Below, in pieces: positions 26,086 through 38,658 of a DNA stretch of 64,000 nucleotides (the first letter of the stretch is position 1; every line of letters starts with the position of its first letter). The stretch is from NCBI RefSeq assembly GCF_009834535.1, contig NC_045696.1, positions 54,252,001 through 54,316,000 on the forward strand, read 5' to 3'. The position numbers and the translations under genes are program-made. The notes under the pieces were generated by a model. That model was given only the letters and a program-made list of their open reading frames with translations. It searched no databases and was not told the origin of the DNA. The stretch comes from Camelus ferus. Lineage: Eukaryota.

Positions 26086-26369
26086 ATAGCATTTTTAAAA
26101 TCCTACATTTAGATTAAAATTACTAATCCATTCTTTTTAACTCTTCCTCTTCTGTTTCTAGCATCCTGTACTTTGGTGAAGAAGTGGGCCTTTCTATTCA
26201 GATACTGGTTGACCTAGTTGGGGAATTAATTTGGAACAGTCTCCTGGGACAATGTGAAGTAATGTAAGCTGGTCATTTAACCAATATACCAACTTTTGAG
26301 GTATGTAATACTTCAGTTCCCTGCCACTCCAATTTTAATTTTAATTTACTTTTGAAGGTCCTTATTTAA

Positions 26370-26610
26370 GATAAATGCATATAACAGTTGAAAAAAGATG
26401 CTGCAGAAGACTATTTAATGAGCTGAAAAAATTATCTTTTTATATTATCCTTATAAAAAGCAGGCTATTAGGTGTATATTCAGGATTCCGTTTTTGTAAA
26501 AAAAAAAAGTTGTTTATGTATTTATCAAAAGAGACTGAAAGCTGCACCAAAATATTTTTAATAGTGGTTATCATTAGGTGCCGGGATTGTAAATGGTTTT
26601 AATTGGCCCA
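26370..26610 (+). mobile_element. Ancient L1ME-like 3' fragment
   Basis: aaaaagcaggcta...gattccgttttt...gcaccaaaatatt...agtggttatc motifs. Confidence 0.45.
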
Positions 26611-29269
26611 TTTTGTCCAAGTAATAATGCTTTGTCCTTCTCTCACAAAAATGTTGCTGATGAAAGGCGATCCGATGCTTTAGGCTGGCTTTAGTATAGT
26701 AGTCACAGATGTGTTTAGTTTACTTTGTATTCAGTGAAATGACTGAATGGAAGCATCTTAAGCTATTATCACTAGGGCAATGCATAATGATGTTACCTAG
26801 GAGGACACAAAGCACTAAAAAAACGGGAGGTCTATTTTCAGTTTAGACCTAAGCAGGAAGAGTCCACCAAAAAGGCCTGAAAAATCCCCTCTCCTCAGAA
26901 AAATTCTCAATACAGAACACAATCATCATGAAGAACAGAAAGAAAAGCTTTGGAGTCCACAGATGAGAAGATGGGGCAGAAGCCACACATGACTTTTCCA
27001 TATGAATGAATTTGTACAACCCATTACTCAAGAACTCATTCTGAAAAAGTGATTAATAAAAGGTTAAAACTTTGTATGGAACCTTGAGGAAAGACACAAC
27101 CATCATGGCACATCAATGGATTGCCTGGATTCTGCACTTGGATGCTATCAAAGAACTCACAGATAAGGACACAGATCAAGCAAAAGAACATTCCCATGTC
27201 TAATCTGGTTGTCAGTTTTTATCTGTTTCTGAGTGAGAAAACTGGACAGTGTCAGAGTCCAAGGCTTTTCCTTCTCTGATGTTGTATATACAATTTTAGA
27301 GTCGATAGTGTTTAGAATTATAACCATCATTCTCAAGAAATTTAGATATTTTCATGTGCTGTCAAGATGAAGGTCTTAGCATTTTCAAAATAAAAATAAC
27401 TAGAATGATTAGTTCTTTTCTATTAGAGTCAAAATTCTAGTGTTCAAACTGAGCAAAATAAGGCAAGGAGTAACCACTCCAAATGCTTGTATCAGAAGGA
27501 TGATGTTTGTCTGGGTGTGTTGTATTACAAGCACACTAACTCAAGCGCTATGTGCTTCTTGGTACTCTGTAATCAATTAGAGTTTATTTTGAGACAACTG
27601 ATCAAGAAGAGACAGAGAGATATTAACAATGGGAATTAGCATACAAAGGGACTGAAAAACCAAAATTCATAAATTTCACATTCTTTCTAACCTAGTCAGG
27701 TATAGTTTTGTCACACAAAGTAGAGGTTGCCATAAAAATTAAAAACAATCCAATAATATAGACAGAAAAGTTCTGAGAACAAATAGCACAAGATTTCATC
27801 TCATCTTTTACCAGAGTCTGACTTCACAGTGGTAAAGTGGTGAATTTTAATAGGAAATGTGGAAGGTTTGAAAACTTCAAGGGACTATGGCTTTGTATGT
27901 ATATGTGGTTGGTTTTTTTTTTCCTGAAATTTTCCCACAAGGAAGACTTTGGAACTTTCTGAGACTTTAGGGCCTCTTTTCCTAGGAAAGCTTTGTATTA
28001 CAAGTCCCTTTTGACTCTGAGTTGGAGGGCATGGGAAGATCCCAGAAAAGAAACTAGGAGTTGGCTGCCAGTAAAAGAAGTTTATTCTTTTCTGTTTAGG
28101 TTATACAGTGAAGGTTATGAAGGTAAAAAAGAGGCAGGGTAAGGTCTCTGACATAGAAGTCTCTTACCTAGAAATAAAATAGAGCACATAATTGAAACTT
28201 CTCTCAAAATGATATTTGTCAAAACTTGAATAGAACTTCATAGGCATAGAAGGTTGAAAAGTCCCAAAGAGAGCTATTCAGATCTAGCTTCACAGTTATA
28301 GGCCCATATAAAGAGTCATCAAGCATCACTGTGTACTAAGTGGCTTTCTCCTTCTGGTCCCTTACCATGTTTTCAGATGTGAACAGCACTCCCCATGTGA
28401 TCCTATTCATCATTAATGCTTACTATGCCCTGGGTACCATCTACCTCTCTTGTCAACTGGCTTTGCATCAAGCCAGAGATAAAAACATGGAGTCCATCAG
28501 TAAGACTAGTTTTAAAATATAAATGACTCATGTTTTTAGAGAAATATTTTATCACCTTACTTCAATAATTGAAATTAATGAGATCACAAATAATTAATAA
28601 TAAACAAGTCCTCTCTTTAGCCCGCAACGTCACTACCTCGAGAGTGTTTTTTTTTCACTTGAGAATGTCTACATCTTTCCTTATTTCATTGCATCTTTCA
28701 GTATCCTACACTCTCCCTCCTCCCCTCTGGTTCACTCACAATTTGCTGTTTAATCTCTCCCTTCTATTCATTGCCACTCCCTTCCTTGCACTCAGATTCA
28801 CCCACTCTCAGCCCCAGTGAGTGGTCTATGACCTTCCAAATGAAACTTTTCTGGAGATGACTTCTGTCTTAGTTCTGAGTTGTCTGGATTGGTTCCAGCC
28901 TTGAGGGCACAGCCAAATTAAGTGTTTCTCCAAATGAGGAGTAATAGCAGTTGAGACTGATCTTGGTAGAAACAAGAACTGAAAAGGGAAGAGAATACAG
29001 TATAGAACTACCTATTGAGCACGAGGCCAATCTCAAATGAATGACAGAAAAATATGATGAGAAAAATAATATTCCCTTAATAAGTTATGGAAGTCACCCT
29101 CAGACAGATAAGGTCATAAAATGTGGACAAGAAGAGAGGCAGAAGAGGAGGAATAGACTTGATAGAGGGCAAGCATGAGAGAATCTGCCACACCTGTGTT
29201 ATCTGAGGATTCAGATCAGGAAGTAGGGCAGATAAAGTACTTGTCATAAATGTCTGGGGACACTAATTC

Positions 29270-29772
29270 AGTAGGGAAGAAAAAATCTGACTCCATATTA
29301 GATCTGTTCCTTTGGCTCTAATCCTGTGCTTAGTCATCTGGTTTTGCATCTTTTGTAAAAGAATGTTGCCTATAGCCTGACATATACAGGACAGCCCATT
29401 CTCAATGCTCTGACCTTTAAGGGTAAAACACTTTTCTATTCATACAAAGATAAAAAAGTTGCAGAATAGAAAATAACATTTGTCTTGTTGGAGGTTTACA
29501 GGGACACTATGACCTGACCTACATGGACAGAGACAAGAGCATAGGATTCCGACACCAAGAACTTTGCAACAACCAACCACACCCCCTTCCCTTTTTAGTA
29601 TAAAAGAAGCCTGAATTCTGACTTTGGGAAGATGGTTCTCCCAAATATTAGTCTGTCATCTTCTTGGGCTGCTGGCTTTCCAAATAAAGTCGTTACTTCT
29701 TGCCCTAACACCTCATCTCCCGATTTATTGGCCTGTCGTGTGGTGAGCAGAATGAGTTTGGATGTGGTAACA
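29270..29772 (+). mobile_element. ERV1-class solo LTR (MER41-like)
   Basis: Starts agtagggaagaaaaaatctgactccatattaga, has TATAAAA near 29599 and AATAAA near 29683, ends ggtaaCA; no clean TSD. Confidence 0.8.
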
Positions 29773-29869
29773 CTTAACATGTATAGATTCAAGCAGTGCA
29801 AAATGAGTGATGGGGAAGACTGGCATGAGTAATTACAGCTTATGGAGGTAGTGATCACTTGCCAACTAC

Positions 29870-30066
29870 TGGGGATACATGCATCTCCTTGTTTAATCCT
29901 CTAAGCATCCCAACAAGGCAGGTGCTATCACCAGCAGCATTTTATAGAGTGGAACCCGAAGGTTTAAAGAGTTTAAATAACTATTGTGAACAACCTATAA
30001 TTGGCAGAAATGGGACTTGAACCCAGGCTATCTGACTCCATAGCCCAAACTTTTAGCCACTACTAT
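29870..30066 (-). mobile_element. MIR SINE
   Basis: tttaatcct...ggcaggtgctat...ttttataga...gggacttgaacccaggctatctgactcca. Confidence 0.8.
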
Positions 30067-31049
30067 GCTATACCTAGCAGTGGAGATCATGCTACATAAA
30101 TCTGGGTCAGAATAAAAACAGAAGGAAGAGCAGTACAATACGAGCAGCAGAATCAGTATCAGAAGAGTTTAGTACTGCTTTCTCTGGATTTCTGATCACT
30201 GTTGAGTATTTCCTTGAGCACAAGGCCAATCTCAACTGACTGACAGACAAGCACAGTGAGAAAAAGAATATTCCCTTAATAAGTTATGAAGGAGCCATCC
30301 CCAGACAGATAATGTAATGAAATTTTTATTGTCCCTTTTTTTCCACACACCTCAGTGATTCAACACATGGATGGATTGATTTGATAATGTTCTTAAATGA
30401 GATGTTATATTTTGGTAGCCTGTAATTAGTTCATTAAGATGATTTTTAAATTGCACTTTTATGATTTTCATTCACACTTCTAATCACAATAAAAGAAAGA
30501 AAATTTGAAATGGCTCAGAGAGGAAAAAAAAAAAGTCAGAACAGATGACCCACCTAGCCTGGCCTTTCAGCTGACTATGTGCTTGGCATTATCTTTATGG
30601 ACTATATTATAACTGTGGATACATCACTGCATTTCTAGAGCTATCTTAAGTGCAAACTATCTCTTTCTCTTTCTTCCCCTGTCATTTTGATTCAAAGAAA
30701 ATAATGTGGTGTGTTAGTATAGAATGGATAGAAAAGACTTGTCCTTATACCAAACTGGCAAGCAGAACAAGGGACTTGACTGGAGGATAAATGATAACAT
30801 CTTTTTTCTCAAGTGCTGCTAAGTCTGATGTCTTTTGTCCTTAATATCTCAAATTTGCTCTCTGGATTTGTTGGCAAATTCTTGTTAACAAAACTTCCCA
30901 AGTGGGGAATAGGATTAACAGGAAGGAGAATTGATGGGTCTTCTTTAATTATCATCAGCATACATAACTGCATACACAGTTCTGGAGTGACTCCTTTCTA
31001 AATCATTCTAACCATAATCAGTTTACTCAACCTTCTGGTTGAATGGCAT

Positions 31050-31600
31050 TTATTTAGTCATTCAACAAATATTAATTGTATGACTCATAAGCACAAGGTA
31101 CTGTATGACTAGGCAGGTGAACCTGATGTAGCTTTTGTGCTAGAGGAGGCAGGAGCTGGGTAGCAGAGACAAGAAGAGGCAACACACATAGAGAGAGTAT
31201 AAGTGAAACATTAACTGGGAGGAATGAAGGAGAATTACAAGAACTATGAGTTCAGAACATGGTATGATATGGTACAATATTATGTTATGGGAGAAAACGT
31301 AAGACTTCATGGCAGAACTAATTTCGTGATCAGGGCTTTGGAGAGGGGGTTGACTTTGGGCATGCCCTCAGGTTTAGATGTAGGAAATAGTGTGAGCAGA
31401 GGCATTGAGGCAAGAAACCTTTAGAACTTCTGAGGAACAACAGGCTGTTTAGTTTGGCCTGAGAATCCAGTGTGTAAGGAAGAACACAAACAAGTAAGAG
31501 CTGAGGTCTGATGGGGTGAGACTGTAGCACTTTTTGGACCTAGGAGTGAAGAAAGATAATTCACTCTCTGGCTTAGGCAACCACAGCTAAGGCAGTTCAT
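31050..31600 (-). mobile_element. L2 LINE fragment
   Basis: Begins with the antisense L2 3' end catttatttagtcattcaacaaatatt, followed by purine-rich diverged body. Confidence 0.5.
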
Positions 31601-32814
31601 ATTACATTGAAAGTGACAACATCTGAATGCTTGGTTTCCCCTAACTGTCCTGCCAGGAAGACTTCATCGATTTAAACATTTACCCCTCAAATTACATTTT
31701 TAGGAACATTTTCTAATGATGGTAATAGTGGTTATAGAAGGTATCTTAGGGCTTGGTTTGTATTTATTTCCACCTAGGTTGTTTAACTAATTTCATTATC
31801 TCCTTCAGTATCTTTTATTATTATAAATAGGATGAACAAATCTATGATTCTAAAATACATTGGAGCAGTTAGTTACCAAATAGGATGATTGCTGACCTTC
31901 CAGCTCCTGGGCCAGAACATCCAAATGTCAACCTCTGGTCATTCAAAGGACAAGAGAGTTTTCTAGAACCAAATACACAGCACCAAAACTACATGATGAA
32001 TGACCAAGATCTGATACTTAGAATCATGGGTTTGAATCAGAATGGACCTTAAAGATAGTCCAGTCCAGTGGTTCACAGACTTCACTGACCTTTGTCTCTT
32101 CAAGTGGCTACTAAGGCAATGAAGAGTATTAGGAATCTAGTACTAATACTTTGAAAGGCTGGTAGAAGTTAAGCACACATCTTCAAATGTTCTACAGAGT
32201 CACCAAAATAGCAATCATTTTACTAAATGATTGACTTTTTTGCACGCAGTCTTTCCTGTTGTTTTTCACTGTTTTTAATGGGTATTCAATAAAAAAAAAA
32301 TTCTTGATGAAAAAAAAGCAGGAAAATAAATTACTGAAATTTGTAAACCAAATATTTCCAAGTAAAGTACAAGTGAATAAATAATAAAAGAAGTTATTGT
32401 GCTGAATATATCAGAGTTAAATTTACTCCAACTGCCAAATTACATAAATGGAGAAACTATGACTGAAAGAAACAGAGACACTTGCCAAAGATCACATAGC
32501 TAATTAATAACTAAGATGCCATCAGAACCTAGACCTTACAAATGTCAAATCAGTGTTCTTTGTGCAATAGCACCCTACTAGGTAGAAGATCCCAGAGTGG
32601 AAGGCAGGAAAGACTGAGTCCAGAGACCACAGATTGTAAAAGTTAAGATGATCTCATCTATTTCTTTTTGATTTATAGAGAATCCATTCATCAAAAATGC
32701 ATGATAATAAAAGATATTAAATAATGTATTGATTTACTGTTGCCCTGAAACAATCTTCAAAGTACCTGACATGTCTGAAGAGTTTGGTTTATGTACCTGT
32801 AATATCTTTGCTAA

Positions 32815-32960
32815 TGTACTACTTACTGTTCCAACATACCACATGGAAACAATTTTACCCATTTTGTAAATATTAAAGCTGAGGCCCAAGAAAGCTGTGT
32901 GTTTTTCCAAACCCTGAGTCAGTCGTGAGACTGGGACTGGGACATAGGACTCCTCGACTT
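32815..32960 (-). mobile_element. MIR SINE fragment
   Basis: cccattttgtaaat...ctgaggcccaagaaag...ctgggactgg. Confidence 0.55.
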
Positions 32961-33977
32961 AATTGCCAATCTATATTCCTGTTTCTTGGAAATCAATTTC
33001 ATTAATTTGACAGCAAGCTGCTCTTGGAAGTGACAGGGAGCAGCTGAACGAAAAGAGAGGAGAGACATGAGAGAAGTATAAAGCTATGTAAGGATTTCCA
33101 GCATGTTGTCCTTTGCTTTGATACATTCCTGCCATCAATCTGAATAATTGAGAATAGCCTGTAAAATGCTAACTTCCAGAGGAGTTGTGATCAATTCATT
33201 AGCAGCCAAAGGTGTGGGGAACCATTACATGCCAAATCAACTCTGAAGAATATTAAGGGAGAAGGGTCATGTATATCCCAGTTAGTGCAGGCTCCACTGG
33301 AAGTGACAGGGAGGCCGTGCCCCTTACTCTTATTGTTATTCTGATACGAATGTCATTAAGGAGAGTCCAGTTCAGGTCAATAAGTGGCTATGAATTCTAA
33401 CTCCTGTCAATTCCAATAACGGCTTTAGATAGGGACCATACTACTTCTCCCTCCTGGAATGAAAATATAGATTTTTTTCCCTTTTTTTAATTTTCTAGGT
33501 ATTTGAAAGCCTTTCTTTAATCTTTCTGCCTCATCCTACATTCCCATTTGTGCAACAGCTAGGCATGCCTGTTAGGGGAGGCTGAGGAATAGTTTAGACC
33601 TGGATCATCACCATGGTGATAGGAATTGTATTCACTGCCATTAACAGTTATCTGTACTTTCAGATACAGTCACATTGATTTGTTTTGGCAGTTGATCTGT
33701 TTGAAATTTGACCAGGCAGCTATGGAACTGGATGATACAAAGAATGATTAGAGGTTATAACGTAAGAACATGATTTTGATATTTTCAAAATTAATATAAA
33801 AAGCCTTTATGAAATAAAAATTGTTTAAGAATTCAATTATATTTTAAGATGACATAACTAGGAGTAGTAAATAAGAAAATGCCACTAAATTACATATTTT
33901 TAAGAGAAGCACAAGGCATATTTTCTGTAGAAAGAGGGACTCTTGACCTTTAATATATGTTAAAAAATAAGAATCTG

Positions 33978-34170
33978 TTAGCCATTATATATAAAAAGAT
34001 TAAAATTTTTTTTAATTTTTTAATACTACATTCAGTATCTTGTGATAACCTTCAATGAAAAAGAATATGAAAATGAATATATGTATGTATATGCATGACT
34101 GGGACATTGTGTTGTACACCAGAAATTGACATATTGTAACTGACTGTACTTCAATTAAAAAAAAAAATTT
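33978..34170 (+). mobile_element. Short 5'-truncated L1 3' end
   Basis: Same L1 3'UTR terminus as 12083 and 35430 (gaatatgaaaatgaatatatgtatg...gtacttcaattaaaaaa); flanking aagaatct may be the TSD. Confidence 0.88.
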
Positions 34171-35109
34171 AAAAAGAATCTACGGTTTGATATCAACTAC
34201 AAGTATAAGTTTTCTTATTATAAGTTCATAAGAGAGCTAAATAATGCCAACTTCAAGCAATTTCCTTAAAAATCCCAGTCTTTAAAAGAGTAATGAGCAA
34301 GTTATATGTATTTGGATGGCTCAATACATCTCTCAATGCACAACAAATACTACACAGGCCTATTTTTGCTCTTAAACACAATGTCTCTGTAAGTAACTTT
34401 TCACCAACATGAGAATGTGGTATCTGCTACTGTGGAGTTAGGAGTTTTTAAGTGTGTATATGTGAATTGCCTACACTACACTTCTAAGATATATCAGTTA
34501 AAATAACACATTTTGAAAAAGATGTATCTACCAAGAAGCAATGGCTATATAAGTAAGAACAAGGTGTTCTATCACATAAGCTCCCAGAAAAAAGCTGTTA
34601 TTGTTACCACTGAGCCCACCTCACAGACCAAAGGATCTTGACTCTTGTTTTTCATCTGAAACTTGCCAGACTACCCCCAAGCAAGTTAAGGGCTAGTGAT
34701 CAGAGTCAAGGTATTATGGACTTGAATTCTCTCTCCTGTCTATCCCCTTTAACTGCTTCATCTTTCTAAGAAAAAGTTAAGCTTTCTTGGTCTAACGTAA
34801 TTTTTAAATGTGATTCTCTTCTTCTTGGCAAAAGCATTAAGAGACTCAAAGCAGTGCCATTAGTATACTTGAACTGACAACACAGTTTCAATTTTAATAA
34901 TTAATATCTACTCGGCTAGATTGTACAACACAACTAAAATCATACATGTAAAATGGTTTCTTATTGATATCCTAATAAACAAGTTTAAGTACAATAGGTA
35001 GTGCTTCCTTGGATAAAAGTCAAGAAAATTTATAATTGAGAAAGGACTTGCTTGAAACCAGTCATAAAATATAATATTAGTTGATACACATACCAGTGCT
35101 ACATCAATG

Positions 35110-35310
35110 TGAGGGATTAAGAGTTTGGGCCTGGGAGTCAGATGATCTATGTTCAGTCAATTGCATTTCCACTATTTATAAACTATATGACCTTACACAA
35201 ATTATATAACTTTTTCAACCCTCAATTTCCACACCTATAAAGTAGGAGTAATGATAGGACCTAAGCTCAAAGAATTGTTAAGAAAATTATATGATTAAAT
35301 GAGTGTAGCA
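35110..35310 (+). mobile_element. MIR SINE
   Basis: ggagtcaga...tgacctt...cctcaatttccacacctataaa...taatgatagg. Confidence 0.7.
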
Positions 35311-35429
35311 TGAAATCAAGTAAGCTTTCCTTAACTATTACATTATTAGCAATATTCATTAATTTAAACAGAAGTCACAGTCTAAACAAGTGAGCAGTAG
35401 AAAAATTATTCAAAATAGTTAATAGCTTA

Positions 35430-36082
35430 CAATAGCCAAGACATGGAAGCAATCTAAATGTTTATGGACAGATGACTGGATAAAGAAAATGTGATATCTA
35501 AATCTATATCTGTATCTATATCTAGCTACATGGATAAAGAAAATGTGGTATCTATCTACATATATAGATATAGATATATCTCAATAAACACACAATGAAA
35601 TACTACTCAGCCATAAAAAAGAATAAAATAATGCCATTTGCAGCAACATGGATGAACGTGGAGATCATCACTCTAAGTGAAGTAAGCCAGAAAGAGAAAA
35701 ATACCATTTGATATCACTCATATGTGGAATCTAAAAAAAAAAAAAAAAAAAAAAGACACAAACAAACTTATTTACAAAGCAGAAACAGACTCACAGACAT
35801 AGAAAACAAACTTACGGTTACCAGGGAGTAAAGGTGGTGGGAAGGGATAAACTGGGAGTTCAAGATTTGCAGATACTAAATAGTATGTATAAAATAAATA
35901 AACAACAAGTTTCTACTGTATAGCGCAGGGAACTATATTCAATATCTTATAGTAACCTATAATGAAAAAGAATATGAAAATTAATATATGTATGTATATG
36001 TATGACTGAAACATTATGCTGTACACCAGAAATTGACATAACATTGCAAACTTACTATACTTCAACTAAAAAATAAATTTTA
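35430..36082 (+). mobile_element. 5'-truncated L1 3' end
   Basis: L1 ORF2 end and 3'UTR; about 18-bp TSD aaaatagttaatagctta (35412-35429) / aaaatagttaatggctta (36083-36100). Confidence 0.93.
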
Positions 36083-38601
36083 AAAATAGTTAATGGCTTA
36101 AAGTTCTGGAAATGTTAAAGCCATCTAGATAAGAGTTGCAAGGTTTTAAGTTGATATATGCAAACCCAGTTGAGACTTACCAAACACACACACAGATACA
36201 CACGCATGAACAAAGAAACCTAATCATAAAACTCAAAAATGAGAACATCAAACTATGTAGAATGTGTTCAGTTATTTTTGCAATCTCTGAATAATTCCTC
36301 TTGAAAATATTCTGTTTCTTGTGCCAGAGAGGTATAGGGTGTCCCTCAAAAATACAAACAGCAAGGCCAAAGTATGCAAGAGATGCTGGGCATGGCTTAG
36401 AACGCAAGAACCTTGCTTTCTAAAAGATGATACAAATATTGTCTCCAAATCAAAGAGCTGATACTAAAATCTGGAGCATATCTCAGAAAAAACATAAGAA
36501 CTCAGGCCTACAAAGTCATTACATATACCTATGAATATTTTGCCTTTGGCTGTAATTCCCTCTTGTTGGAGACATTAAAACTTTTAATGTGTGCTCATCT
36601 GAAGTGCCTACATACCATCACACTTTGGAGGGTTTAAGTTGACCAAGAAAGAACAGTACTAATAAGAGAAATGCTTTGTGATGCCTGTAAATTTTAAAGA
36701 ACAGATCTAAGCAACTGGGAGGAGGGTACAAAAATGTAGCCTTTTGGATTACAGTCTCTGCATATATGTTGGTTGTTTGATCCAAAGAATGGTAATGTCA
36801 CGTAGAGAGGCAATCTGGTAGAAAGCATCAGCAATCATTCACAAAAACAAATCCCTTCTTCCTCCTAAACTGGTAGAGCATGATCTTCCTGACATGATGT
36901 TTTAGGACAGAAATCAGGGATTATGCCATCCTATTTTTGGCAGGGGTGGATGTGAGAGGAGTTTCTGAAAAGCCTATCTTTGTTCCTTTTTGGAGATAAG
37001 TCACGCTCTTGAACAAAATCAAACGTCTTTCATCCTGCTATAAAGTAAATACTGACGTAAGACAGAAAGGTAGTATCTGGAGACTCTAAATGCCTCATAC
37101 TTTGATTAAAAATGCTTTTGTCAATTACAGATTGATTTTGTAGCTCATTATAGTGATGGATGTCAGGGGCTGGCGGAGGTGGTATTTTACCACTTGGCCT
37201 GAGGGTGTACTGTGTGAGAAGATGGTAAAATTACAATTATTTTCCAGCATTCATCTATGTGCCTACATGGACCCAATGGGTGCCACTGGGATAATTTGAA
37301 AGAATGGCATCATGTAGAATGGCCAAAAGAAGAGTCCATCAGCCCCTCTAGGAGGAAAACATTTTAAACAAATATTTCTCAAAAACCTGCTGAGATTCTG
37401 GCACAAGATAAGTAACGCTGAAGCACATCAGCTGGGTTTCAAGGTAAGTTGGAGTGTTTAGCAAAGGCAAGAAATACGCAAATGTTTCTGTGTGAGCAAC
37501 TATGCATATTAAAGCTATTCATATTTCTATATAACGTATGTAGGCACATTCATCCACACATATAAATACAAATGCACTTTTCGTCCCCATTAAACATCGG
37601 AGGTTGTTAGGAGCTGTGGGGAAATTAGAGGATATAGGTAAGAGCTGTGGGGGGAAGAGATCAATATGCAGTAGTGACTGAAAAATGAAAAAAGGAAATT
37701 CATCTCACTTTGTTACACGTTCATATCATGCTCTGAAGCGACCTGCGTTGCTGGAGTCACTGTGTGGTTTCTTACTCTGTTATCCCGGGTTTGTTCACAG
37801 GGCATCCTCTAATGATAACCTACGCAGGACTCCATGTCTATAACAGTTACATGGCCAAAGCAGTACTATTATCAGAGACACAGCATGCAAATATCTTACG
37901 CTGTATACCTGTCACCTGCTACAAAATGATGGTGACTTAGCCTTCAATTAAAATTTTATGGCAACTGATGTTCAATATTCAGAAAGAAGATATTTTATGA
38001 GACTGATATCAGCAAACCTTGGGACTAGGGAAAGAACAAAAGTCATTTCTAATTGAAGATTAGGGGGCCTGACTATAATATGACTATAGCAATATTGGCC
38101 ATACATCGGCACGATTGCTTTTTGTAATACTCTATCATGAACACAAACCTATTTATGGCTACTTTCATGGTCATATGTCTCTTTTCTGCTAGTTGTTTAG
38201 AATTCCAATACTGTGAAATGGAACTGTGCTGACAAGAAAGTAATACTTCATATAATAAAATGTCAAGAAAGTTAAGTTAAAGTAAGGTAACAAAACAGGT
38301 TTGAGGCATAAAATCTGATCTATGCTTATAATCCAAGTGGAAATGGACAGTGGAACATCATTAGAACATCTGGATCATTTTAGAAACTGATTATGTTTGG
38401 TGTCAAGGACCAGGTTGAAATTTCATTTTTCTTATCTATTTTATTATAGTGGTAATAAAAAAAAATACAAGGAAAAAGTGCTCATAAAGTCTGGAAAAGA
38501 CATGAATTAGGTACTAATGCTTTTTAAAAAAGCAGACAATATACAATAAAAAACAAACTTAAGGACATTCGGGGTATAACAAAATCATATTATATATTTT
38601 A

Positions 38602-38658
38602 AATTCTAATTGTTGAATTCTAATTGTTATAATTGAATTGAATTCTAATTGTTATAAT
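38602..38658. repeat. Short AT-rich tandem repeat (aattctaattgtt x3)
   Basis: Copies at 38602, 38616 and 38641. Confidence 0.85.

Noticed and set aside
29270..29772. Interferon-responsive STAT (GAS) enhancer in the MER41-like LTR
   Set aside because: I found no intact TTCNNNGAA motif in this copy.
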